A DNA stretch of 64,000 nucleotides from an uncultured Spirochaetota bacterium (GTDB taxonomy: Bacteria; Spirochaetota; Brevinematia; Brevinematales; JAOACQ01): contig CAVYGN010000002.1 in the NCBI GenBank assembly GCA_963768055.1, positions 1,088,001 through 1,152,000 on the forward strand. Direction: 5' to 3'. The notes under the pieces are model-generated. The model saw only the letters and a list, made by a program, of their open reading frames with translations. It did no database searches and had not been told where the DNA came from. A program made the translations under genes and the position numbers. Of the stretch, positions 1 to 8,972 are shown one piece after another. Numbering within the stretch: position 1 is the first letter of the stretch; the number at the start of each line of letters is the position of its first letter.

Positions 1-1421
1 AAACATTCGAGGAAATCTCCGGGATAGCGGCAGAGAAGGATAACAGCAATTTAAATATATACGCCGTCAATAATTTTACTCCAATACTTTATCAATGGAG
101 CTCAAGGTCGAATTCCTGGTCTGTCATCGATCACTTTCAAAAGGATTTCGATATGATGGAAAGCATGGTCAAGAAAGGCAGGTATATTTACTTTGTGAAC
201 CGGATGGGGATCATGCGTTATAATTTGGATACTAAAGCACTTGAACTGGACGGCGCAAACGAGATAAAAAATACTCTGGAATTAAAAACGGAGCAAAGTG
301 TCTCGGCGATCGGAGGCTATGACGAAAACGGCGAAGAATTCCATTTTTCGGAACTCTGGCTTCCTTCCCTTCCCCCGATGAAGAATTATTACTCTCAGTC
401 ATCCCAGAAACGAGGGCTTTATGTACAGGCGACCGCACTTAAGGATAAAAAAAGGCTTGATAAACTGATCGATTTCATGAAACAAAATTCGCTGAATATG
501 ATCACTGTTGATATGAAGGACGATTCGGGATATCTCAGATTCAAGCCCGTATCTAACCTGACCGCGAGTATAGCCAGGGTTGTCAATCCTATCGATCTGG
601 ATGCTTTTATACCGGTCATGAAGGAAAATAATATCTACCTGACGGCCCGTCTGGTTGTTTTTAAGGATAATGTTTTATACAGTTACAGTAATTATACATA
701 TGCCGTGAAATCCAGAAGCGTTCCCGGCCATCCATGGCAGGGGACCAAGATAGGCAGGGACGGCGCCTTAAAAAATATAAGGGAATACTGGGTTGACCCG
801 TACTCGGAAAAAGTGTGGGAATACAATATGGCTATAGCCAGAGAACTTACCGAGAGGGGATTTGACGAGATTCAATTCGATTATGTGAGGTTTCCCACTG
901 ACGGTTTAAATCTGGATGACGCGAATTTCAGCTTCAGGGAAAAAGGGATGGATAAGGAAAGTGCGATACTTTCATTCTTATCTTACGCAAGGCAAAATTT
1001 AAATGTTCCGATATCGATAGATATTTACGGGGCAAACGGGTATTACAGGACCGATGCAAGGACCGGCCAGGATGTCGAAACATTAAGAAAATATGTAGAT
1101 GTCATCTGCCCCATGTTTTATCCCTCCCATTTTTCAGAAGATTTTCAGTATTGCGAACCCATTGAAAACAGGCCCTACAGGATTTATTATTTCGGGACTC
1201 TCAGGAATTATTTTATCGGTAAAAAAGAGCTTGTGATCAGGCCGTATGTACAGGCTTTCAAATTGTTCGGGCAATTCGACAGGAAATATTACGGCCCACG
1301 GTATATAGCCGATGAGATTTCAGGAGTACAAAATTCAATCGACCTCGGCTATACTTTCTGGAATATGGGTATGAAATATTCCATGCTGCCCGACGCTTAT
1401 AGTAATATAACCATAAAATGA
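1..1421 (+). CDS. Putative glycoside hydrolase (DUF4015-like TIM barrel), 5' end outside the window
   Basis: Frame of ORF 153..1421 is open back to the window start; motifs VDMKDDSG, ARLVVFKD, WVDPYS, GFDEIQFDYVRFP, PMFYPSH. Confidence 0.8.
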   Translation, partial: TFEEISGIAAEKDNSNLNIYAVNNFTPILYQWSSRSNSWSVIDHFQKDFDMMESMVKKGRYIYFVNRMGIMRYNLDTKALELDGANEIKNTLELKTEQSVSAIGGYDENGEEFHFSELWLPSLPPMKNYYSQSSQKRGLYVQATALKDKKRLDKLIDFMKQNSLNMITVDMKDDSGYLRFKPVSNLTASIARVVNPIDLDAFIPVMKENNIYLTARLVVFKDNVLYSYSNYTYAVKSRSVPGHPWQGTKIGRDGALKNIREYWVDPYSEKVWEYNMAIARELTERGFDEIQFDYVRFPTDGLNLDDANFSFREKGMDKESAILSFLSYARQNLNVPISIDIYGANGYYRTDARTGQDVETLRKYVDVICPMFYPSHFSEDFQYCEPIENRPYRIYYFGTLRNYFIGKKELVIRPYVQAFKLFGQFDRKYYGPRYIADEISGVQNSIDLGYTFWNMGMKYSMLPDAYSNITIK

Positions 1422-1469
1422 CAAAATCCGGCTTATGATTTATAATATTTAACAGAGGCGGAACTGCTT

Positions 1470-2102
1470 ATGACCTTGATTGATTATTTCATTCAAGGCG
1501 GGCCTGTAATGTATTTGATTTTACTCTCGTCCGTGTTAGGGCTTGCCGTTTTTATTGAAAGATTCATCTATTTAAGGAATTTTTTAATTTGCGGCAGTAC
1601 TATCATGGGGAAGATCAGGGAAAGGGCGAATAATTATCAAATTGACGAGGCGAAGGCTGAGTGCGATAATAACCCGGGGCCGGCTTCTAATATAATAAAG
1701 GCCGGTATTGAGGTTTCCGGCAGTCCCGTTGAAGTTATAGAAGTTTCGATGGAATCGGCGGCGAAACTCGAAATTTCAGGCATAAACCGTTTTGTCCCTA
1801 TCCTTGCGACAGTCTCGAGCGTATCGACGCTCCTGGGACTGCTGGGATCCGTGCTGGGGATGATCAATTCGGGAACGGCATTAACGGGGTTGACTGAGGG
1901 CGCGGCGGGGCCTTCTAGGCTGATCGGGGGTATAGCACGGTCCCTGATTGCGACCGCGTTCGGATTATGCGTTGCCATTCCGGCTGTTGCGGGCTATAAT
2001 TATATAACCGCGAAAATAAACGCTGTGTTATCGGAAATAGAAAGCTGGACAGCCGATTTTATTAAAATAGCCGGCAAACGGCCTGAAAGATCAAAATGGT
2101 GA
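1470..2102 (+). CDS. MotA/TolQ/ExbB proton channel family protein
   Basis: GGPVMY..., LLGLLGSVLGMI, GIARSLIATAFGLCVAIPA. Confidence 0.9.
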   Translation: MTLIDYFIQGGPVMYLILLSSVLGLAVFIERFIYLRNFLICGSTIMGKIRERANNYQIDEAKAECDNNPGPASNIIKAGIEVSGSPVEVIEVSMESAAKLEISGINRFVPILATVSSVSTLLGLLGSVLGMINSGTALTGLTEGAAGPSRLIGGIARSLIATAFGLCVAIPAVAGYNYITAKINAVLSEIESWTADFIKIAGKRPERSKW

Positions 2103-2116
2103 ACTAAGGAGAAAAT

Positions 2117-3577
2117 ATGACTAAGAAAGGAAAAGAATTATGGACGATGTTCAAAAGAGGTTTTGTCCTGTTTTTTATTCTCCTCGTAATTGGAAGTTTT
2201 GTGGTAAGCCTTGCGTATTCCCCATGGAGCTCGCATCAGGATCTCACCGGCTACAGGGTAGCCAAGGTAAAGGATGAGGTATATTCATATCAGCCAAATA
2301 CTCCATACTATTATTTATATTCGGAAGTTAAGAAAAATTTAGCCGATTCGCTCAAGAGCCAGCTTGATCCGGCCATGTTTAACCAGTATGTAATTTCAAA
2401 AAGCGTCGACTATCTGGTCAGATCGGCCACAGTTTACCAGTTTGCCAGGGATATCGGCGTAGCCCCGTCCCAGGATTCCCTCAGGAGGATTATTGAAATT
2501 ACGACGAGGAGCCCGCTTTACAGGGCGCCGGACCAGGGTATGCTGGATTTTGCGGCTATGCAGTACGACTTAAACGCCATGGAGGGCGATAACGGCGATA
2601 TACTTAATGTTTCAGGACTTCCCACTTACGCCGAACTTTATTCATTTTACGAAATGGAGAATTTTACTCATTCGGCAGAATTTTTATACCTCGATGTGAC
2701 AAATTTTATCGTTAACAGGCTTACAACCGATGATATTAAAGGTTTTTACGATGATAATTTCGGCAGGTATGTCAAAGAACTTTCAATCGATGAATTAAGC
2801 ACAGGCTCAAAATTAATGGCTTTCAACATATGCAGGGATGTTCAAACCGACGGCTGGGAAAAAACTATCGATAAATATAAAGGGAAAGCTAATTACCTTA
2901 AATCCGAGAAAATTAGCGATGCACATGGTACAACGACCCGTTTCGCAGCCGCATTAAAGCTTAAGAAAGGCGCTGTTTCTCAAAAGCCGGTCTTTGAGAA
3001 CAGGGAATATCATGTCATCATGCTCGGTTCTTACCCGGCCTATAACGATCTGAATCCCGAAAATCGCAAAACCGTCGAGATAGAGTTTATTAACCTGAAG
3101 TATAATGAGTTAAGATCAAAATACGACGGTGACATAAAAAAGGCTGTTGAAAATGCGGAAGCATCCCTGAAAATTTCACCCGATTTCAAAAAAGCGGCAT
3201 CGGTTTCAGGTTTTATATATCTGAATTCCGACAAGGTAAATCCTCTTAGCCCGGTATTGGCCGATGAGAAAGGGAACCAGGCTACCCTGCCTATACTTGA
3301 AAATAAGGACCTGGCCGACTTTATATTTACAAGTAAGCCGCTATCGGTAAGCAAAACTTATTATACTGACGGGTATATAGTTATTGCAAAAGTTTTAAAA
3401 GGATCGACGCTTACAAATATCGATTATAAGAACCTTGTAAAAGTATTTCCTTCTGTCAGGAGATACAAGAGCATTGTAACTCTTGGCGATTGGTCTAAAT
3501 CGCTTGAAAAGAGATATCCGCATACCATCTATGAGGATGATTTAAAGAACCTCCAGCAGGTCCTGAAGGGCCAATAA
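2117..3577 (+). CDS. Membrane-anchored periplasmic chaperone, SurA/PpiD-like (tentative)
   Basis: N-terminal TM helix followed by VAKVKDE and a long periplasmic region with a PpiD-like layout. Confidence 0.5.
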   Translation: MTKKGKELWTMFKRGFVLFFILLVIGSFVVSLAYSPWSSHQDLTGYRVAKVKDEVYSYQPNTPYYYLYSEVKKNLADSLKSQLDPAMFNQYVISKSVDYLVRSATVYQFARDIGVAPSQDSLRRIIEITTRSPLYRAPDQGMLDFAAMQYDLNAMEGDNGDILNVSGLPTYAELYSFYEMENFTHSAEFLYLDVTNFIVNRLTTDDIKGFYDDNFGRYVKELSIDELSTGSKLMAFNICRDVQTDGWEKTIDKYKGKANYLKSEKISDAHGTTTRFAAALKLKKGAVSQKPVFENREYHVIMLGSYPAYNDLNPENRKTVEIEFINLKYNELRSKYDGDIKKAVENAEASLKISPDFKKAASVSGFIYLNSDKVNPLSPVLADEKGNQATLPILENKDLADFIFTSKPLSVSKTYYTDGYIVIAKVLKGSTLTNIDYKNLVKVFPSVRRYKSIVTLGDWSKSLEKRYPHTIYEDDLKNLQQVLKGQ

Positions 3578-3630
3578 GTCTGGTCCTGTAAGGGCCAATG
3601 AGTCCGGTCCTGTAAGGAGCAATAGTCAGG
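3559..3630. repeat. Three tandem copies of a 23-24 bp unit (GGTCCTG(T)AAGG..CAAT..GTC)
   Basis: ggtcctgaagggccaataagtct / ggtcctgtaagggccaatgagtcc / ggtcctgtaaggagcaatagtca, spanning the upstream stop codon. Confidence 0.85.
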
Positions 3631-3631
3631 A

Positions 3632-4111
3632 TCAATGGGAGTAACTTTTCAAAAACCTGTCCAGATAAGCATCCTGTCTCTCGAGCATTGTCATCTCATC
3701 TTCCGCCGATCTTTCATGATCGAATCCCAGCAGATGCAGCAGGCCATGTATTGCAAGCCGGGCCAGTTCTTCTTCCTCGGTAACGCCATACTCCCGCGCC
3801 TGTTTTTTTACCTGTTCTGTCGATATTATTATATCTCCGAGTATTTCAGGCTCGGTATATCCGTCAGGTTCCTGCGAGTTGAAAAAGTCTTCCTCCTCTT
3901 CCTGCATGGAAAACGAAAGAACATCGGTAGCCGAATCGATCTTTCTGTATTTTCTGTTCATAGAACGGATGTATTGATCGGAACATAAAACCAGATTAAC
4001 CTCGAAGTTTTCCTTTTTAAAATCTAAAAGAATCGTCGACAGAAATTGGGTAAGGCAATCCATTAGAACTGTTTCAAAGCCTTGATGCTCATTAATAATT
4101 ACATGGATCAT
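3632..4111 (-). CDS. ybeY: rRNA maturation endoribonuclease YbeY
   Basis: NRKYRKIDSATDVLSF, LGDIIIS, HGLLHLLGFDH. Confidence 0.95.
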   Translation of the reverse strand: MIHVIINEHQGFETVLMDCLTQFLSTILLDFKKENFEVNLVLCSDQYIRSMNRKYRKIDSATDVLSFSMQEEEEDFFNSQEPDGYTEPEILGDIIISTEQVKKQAREYGVTEEEELARLAIHGLLHLLGFDHERSAEDEMTMLERQDAYLDRFLKSYSH

Positions 4112-4138
4112 AATATAGCTGGTCTTTCTTGACAGATT

Positions 4139-4696
4139 TTATTTTCCACCGCTTCCCGGGGTTTTCCCTATAAATTCTCCGCCAGACAGCCTGAAAAGTT
4201 CATTATCCCCCGGATCGTCCGGATCTATGCCGGAAACAGCGTCAGCAGGGGTCAGAACAGCATTGGAACGCGCTATGGCTACAAATATTCCGCTGTTTTC
4301 AAGAATTCCTATCTCCGCGTAATACGGACGATTCGTTTCAGGCACCTGTATATACCAGTTTTTAACCCCATTTTTAACTTCAGTATCGAAATATTTGTCA
4401 GTATCTGCGTAGTACATCCTGATAAATAGGCTTTTATTGGATATCTTTTCCAGCATCATCTTTGTGTCCGGGTTGAATTCCCAGAATGCGAAGATCCAGT
4501 AAGGGTTCTGGACAAGAAGAGTAATTTTAGTATTTCCGTAATCTTCCGGCAGTTCATATTCCTTTTCATTGTAAAAATTCGTGCTTTTTTCGCTGTCGAT
4601 CCCGAATTTTCTTTTTTCCCCATCCAGTATTTCATTTGCGTCCATGGCAGGGCCGTTTTGTTCCATATTTTCATTTCCATTCGATCCGTTAATCAT
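4139..4696 (-). CDS. DUF4912 domain protein
   Basis: ELPEDYG, LLVQNPYWIFAFWE, NWYI, YYAEIG, IARSNAVLTP. Confidence 0.85.
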   Translation of the reverse strand: MINGSNGNENMEQNGPAMDANEILDGEKRKFGIDSEKSTNFYNEKEYELPEDYGNTKITLLVQNPYWIFAFWEFNPDTKMMLEKISNKSLFIRMYYADTDKYFDTEVKNGVKNWYIQVPETNRPYYAEIGILENSGIFVAIARSNAVLTPADAVSGIDPDDPGDNELFRLSGGEFIGKTPGSGGK

Positions 4697-4918
4697 AAAA
4701 CCCTCCTCGCCTAAGGTGATTAATTTTAATTGCTAAAAATCAAAAGTCAAGAAATAAGCCAGACAGCATTCTAAAGTGGGCTGTTCAAACAACATTCTAA
4801 AACTGGATATTGTTTCGAATTCAGCATGAAAGGGACTGGGAATTGCTGATCGGCGTTTTTCGCCCAACGGTTCTCCTTCGGCCCTTCGGGCGTAAGAGCT
4901 CTTCGTAAGGACGCTTGT

Positions 4919-5755
4919 TTATTCCTGAATAGAAAAGCCAATATCGATGATCTCGAATTCCTCGCGCTTCAACTGGAAAAGGATTGTTAATATATCTTCC
5001 GGCGTTTTAACCATATCGAAATTCATCGGACGGCTGGCAACAATTGCCCTTATCATTTCCATCGATTCGCTTTTACCTTCGGGAAGGCTTGCGTCGAAAT
5101 GGATGCCCTTTTTTATGTCCGCATTAGAAGGAAAACTATATTTTCCGGCATTGATAAAGTTTGAACCGTTATGCGAATTCGGAAAGAGTAATGCTGCCGA
5201 ATCCATGTAAATGTTAAAAAAGTAAATCCATGCGTTGGTTTGTATTGAATATTCCAGCATGATCCTTTCGCCGGGACGAAGGCGGCGCTCCTTCATATCT
5301 GCACTAAACCCGAAATCCGGCTTATTGCCCTGCAATACATGGTAGTGTAATTTATAATATGCAGTTAGTTTATTCGCAGACGGCTCTTCTTTAAGGAGTT
5401 CGACCTTCTCGATAAAGCCCAGGGTTGAAAGGCTGGCAGAATCAAAATAACTAAGGTTGCCTCCGGAATCATCACCGCTGTTTTTTATAATCACTTTTGA
5501 ACTGGTATATTCCCCTCCCTTGTACTCCGAAACCATTTGAAAGGCTTTTTGTTTCAGACGCTCCCGTGTGTTTGCCATCGTATCGTTCTCACCCATATTG
5601 TAAAACGCTTTTACATAAAAAAAGCCGTTATGTTCCTCAATGACCTGGGCCTGCCTGCTACTCTTCAAGCTTTCTAAAATACCCGAATCATCCATGGAAT
5701 ACGCACTAACCGCAAAAAACAGTAAAATAAAGGTTAATATATAAATGTTTTTCAT
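4919..5755 (-). CDS. Exported protein with C-terminal DUF4384-like domain
   Basis: Signal peptide; LRPGERI..., WIYFFNI, LLFPN, E..RAIVAS; directly downstream of the caspase genes. Confidence 0.65.
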   Translation of the reverse strand: MKNIYILTFILLFFAVSAYSMDDSGILESLKSSRQAQVIEEHNGFFYVKAFYNMGENDTMANTRERLKQKAFQMVSEYKGGEYTSSKVIIKNSGDDSGGNLSYFDSASLSTLGFIEKVELLKEEPSANKLTAYYKLHYHVLQGNKPDFGFSADMKERRLRPGERIMLEYSIQTNAWIYFFNIYMDSAALLFPNSHNGSNFINAGKYSFPSNADIKKGIHFDASLPEGKSESMEMIRAIVASRPMNFDMVKTPEDILTILFQLKREEFEIIDIGFSIQE

Positions 5756-5764
5756 AATATACTC

Positions 5765-7234
5765 CTACTTCAGCCTGACAAGCACCTCGTTTTCATCCCC
5801 GATTACCTGCGGCGTCTGTTCGAAAGCCCTGATTATATTCGCGCGTTCCGGGACCGTCTTATCCAGGTATTCCCTCATCTCGGCCAGGGTGATATATTTA
5901 TCCCCCTTCTTATCCGCTCCTCCGGAAAGGCCCTTCAGGAAATAGTAGGTGAAAAGCCCGTGCCCCATCTGGGGATACCACACCGAGTAGTCGGAGCCCG
6001 AAGTCGCCGCGTAGATCGATCCTATGTTTTCAGAGATCAGGGGATTATCCACCACCATATTGACCGGGGAAATATTTTCCACAAGCCTTCCGCCCCCCGA
6101 TTCGCCGCTGAAGCAGGATTCGAGGATCACGACCACATGTTTAACTCCGATCCCCTTGAGTCTGGCGATATTGGCGTATAAGAGCCTCAGGGGATATGCG
6201 GTTTGTTCCACATAATCCTTATTCATATCCACCGGAGCTATATATCCCTTGTGGTCCTTCAACCCGGGTATCCCGTGCCCGCTGTAATAAATATAGACCT
6301 TTGACGGCTTGTAAAGCTGGACGTTCCTGTAAATTATCGACCTTGACGGCTCGTTTTCAGTTCCAAAAAGCCCCAGCATATCGGCAAGGGTTATATTTTC
6401 TTTCATAACGATCTGCTCCGCGGGGATCCTGAAGGTGTTCTCGAAATAGAGTTTCATCACTCTCGCGTCCTGGAGGGCGTAATCAACAGCCGGAATGCCG
6501 TTCCTGTAGTCGCGGTTGCCTACCACCACGGCTATCGCATTATTCTGATCAGAATACCCTTTCGGTATCTTTGTGTCCACATCCACGCTGAGATTGGTTT
6601 CTTTTACGATATTTGTTCCGTCCTTTACTGAAAAGTTATCGGTTGTATTTAAATTTTTCTTTTCGCTTTCATTCTGGATCTGTTGCGCGTTCATAAATAA
6701 ATTTTGTATCTCCGGGTTTTTTCCTATAACAGCATAAGTTAAAGCCGTACTACCGGTATTATCCTTTATGTTGACATCGGCTTTAGCATTTATCAATGCT
6801 AAAGTTGTGGCCAGGTCCCCATTTTTAACAGCTAAAATCAAAGCCGTCTTGCCTTCATCATTCATCGCGTTGATTTCTGCCCCTGCCTTGATCAAAACCA
6901 ATACTGTCTTTAAATACCCATTGTCAGCCGCGTGCATCAATGCAGTCCAGCCTTTTCTATCCACTGCATTGACATCGGCCCCGGCTTCGATCAATGCTAT
7001 AATCGCTTCTGAGTTGTCTGTTTCTGATTCCGCTGCCGCTTCTATCAAAGCCGTAAAGCGGTTAGATCCATAATGCTTGTTAACATCACCCTTGTAATTT
7101 TTAATAAATTTTATATCGTCCCTTACTGCCGCATACCCTAAAGGATCTCTGGTTAACATTCTAACAAGACCGCATGAAGTAATAAGGGTGAAAGCCGGTA
7201 TTGCGAGCAGGATAAAAATCGACAGCTTTTTCAT
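5765..7234 (-). CDS. Lipoprotein: ankyrin repeats + peptidase C14 (caspase-like) domain, copy 3
   Basis: Lipobox-like LITSC; GWTALMHAA/GKTALILA ankyrin repeats; YYSGHG and LESCFSG catalytic dyad; HGLFTYYFLKGL; QTPQ. Confidence 0.9.
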   Translation of the reverse strand: MKKLSIFILLAIPAFTLITSCGLVRMLTRDPLGYAAVRDDIKFIKNYKGDVNKHYGSNRFTALIEAAAESETDNSEAIIALIEAGADVNAVDRKGWTALMHAADNGYLKTVLVLIKAGAEINAMNDEGKTALILAVKNGDLATTLALINAKADVNIKDNTGSTALTYAVIGKNPEIQNLFMNAQQIQNESEKKNLNTTDNFSVKDGTNIVKETNLSVDVDTKIPKGYSDQNNAIAVVVGNRDYRNGIPAVDYALQDARVMKLYFENTFRIPAEQIVMKENITLADMLGLFGTENEPSRSIIYRNVQLYKPSKVYIYYSGHGIPGLKDHKGYIAPVDMNKDYVEQTAYPLRLLYANIARLKGIGVKHVVVILESCFSGESGGGRLVENISPVNMVVDNPLISENIGSIYAATSGSDYSVWYPQMGHGLFTYYFLKGLSGGADKKGDKYITLAEMREYLDKTVPERANIIRAFEQTPQVIGDENEVLVRLK

Positions 7235-7275
7235 ATGACGATCCTCCTTTTTGAAAACGTTTGAGGATTTGATAT

Positions 7276-8931
7276 TTATCTCAGCCTTGCCAGGACCTCG
7301 TTTTCATCTCCGATAACCTGCGGGGTCTGTTCGAAAGCCCTGATAATATTCGCGCGTTCCGGGACCGTCTTGTCCAGGTATTCCCTCATCTCGGCCAGGG
7401 TGATATATTTATCACCCTTTTTATCCGCATATCCGCTCAGACCTTTCAGGAAATAGTAGGTAAACAGCCCATGCCCCATCTGGGGGTACCATACGGAGTA
7501 GTCGGAACCCGAAGTCGCCGCGTAGATCGATCCTATATTTTCCGAGATCAGGGGATTATCCACCACCATATTGACCGGAGAGATATTCTCCACCAGCCTG
7601 CCGCCGCCTGATTCGCCGCTGAAACAGGATTCGAGGATCACTACTATATGCTTAACTCCAATATTTTTGAGTCTGGCGATATTGGCGTATAACAGCCTCA
7701 GGGGATATGCCGTTTGTTCCACGTAATCCCTGTTCACATCTACAGGTGCTATATATCCCCTGTGGTCTTTAAGCCCCGGTATTCCGTGCCCGCTGTAGTA
7801 AATATAGACCTTTGACGGCTTGTAAAGCTGGACGTTCCTGTAAATTGTCGACCTTGACGGCTCGTTTTCAGTCCCGAAAAGCCCCAGCATATCGGCGAGG
7901 GTCATATTTTCTTTCATAAGGATCTGCTCCGCAGGGATCCTGAAAGTATTCTCAAAATAGAGTTTCATAACCCTTGCGTCCTGGAGGGCGTAATCAACAA
8001 CCGGAATGCCGTTCCTGTAGTCCCGGTTGCCTATAACAACGGCTATCGCGTTTTTCTGAACCGAATACCCCTTCGGTATTTTCGTGTCTACATCAGAGCT
8101 GAGATTGGTTTCTTTTACGATATTTGTTCCGTCCTTTACTGAAGAGTTGTTGGCTTTATTTAAATTTTTCTTTTTGCTCTCATTCTGGATCTGTTGTGCG
8201 TTTATTAATAAAAATACTATCTTGGCATTATTATTTTGAGTGGCGTATATTAAAGCCGTACTACCGGAATTATCCTTTATATTGACGTCAGCCCCTGCCA
8301 GTATCAATGAACTAACTTCTTCCGTTTGTTCTTTATTCTTAGCCGCATATATTAAAGCCGTACTACCGGAATTATCCTTTATATTGACATCAGCCCCTGC
8401 CAGTATCAATGAACTAACTTCTTCCGTTTGTTCTTTATTCTTAGCCGCATATATTAAAGCCGTACTGCCGGAATTATCCTTTATATTGACGTCAGCTATA
8501 TCGATTAATGCTAAAGTTACACTCGATTCCCCATTTTCAGCAGCTATCATCAAAGCCGTCTTGCCTTCATTATTCACCACGTTGATTTTGGCCCCCGCAA
8601 CAATTAAAATTGATACTGTGTTTATGTACCCTTTTTCAGAAGCGTGCATTAATGCTGTCCAGCCGTTTTTATCCACAGCATTGACATCGGCACCGGCCTC
8701 GATCAAAGCCTTAATCCCTTTCGTGCTTTCAGTGCCATCTGCAGCCTCTATCAAAGCTGTATAATCCTCAGGTCCATAATGCTTGTTGATATCACCCTTA
8801 TAAATTTTAATATACTCGATATTGCCCCTTACTGCTGCAAACCCTAAAGGAATTCTTGTCAACATACTACAAGAAGTAATTAACAGGAAAGGCTGGATTA
8901 CAAGCAGTATAAAAATAAGCAGCTTTTTCAC
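7276..8931 (-). CDS. Lipoprotein: ankyrin repeats + caspase-like domain, copy 2 (GTG start, extra ankyrin repeats)
   Basis: Same motifs as the neighbours; internal duplication of a 34-aa ankyrin unit. Confidence 0.9.
   Translation of the reverse strand: MKKLLIFILLVIQPFLLITSCSMLTRIPLGFAAVRGNIEYIKIYKGDINKHYGPEDYTALIEAADGTESTKGIKALIEAGADVNAVDKNGWTALMHASEKGYINTVSILIVAGAKINVVNNEGKTALMIAAENGESSVTLALIDIADVNIKDNSGSTALIYAAKNKEQTEEVSSLILAGADVNIKDNSGSTALIYAAKNKEQTEEVSSLILAGADVNIKDNSGSTALIYATQNNNAKIVFLLINAQQIQNESKKKNLNKANNSSVKDGTNIVKETNLSSDVDTKIPKGYSVQKNAIAVVIGNRDYRNGIPVVDYALQDARVMKLYFENTFRIPAEQILMKENMTLADMLGLFGTENEPSRSTIYRNVQLYKPSKVYIYYSGHGIPGLKDHRGYIAPVDVNRDYVEQTAYPLRLLYANIARLKNIGVKHIVVILESCFSGESGGGRLVENISPVNMVVDNPLISENIGSIYAATSGSDYSVWYPQMGHGLFTYYFLKGLSGYADKKGDKYITLAEMREYLDKTVPERANIIRAFEQTPQVIGDENEVLARLR
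8246..8496. repeat. Near-perfect 102-bp tandem repeat (~2.5 units) encoding ankyrin repeats
   Basis: tatattaaagccgtact recurs at 8246, 8348 and 8450. Confidence 0.9.
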
Positions 8932-8972
8932 ATGATAATCCTCCTTTTTGAATACTTTTGAGGATTTGATAT

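Noticed and set aside
3559..3630. Mini CRISPR array
   Set aside because: Units are contiguous with no spacers, and no cas genes are nearby
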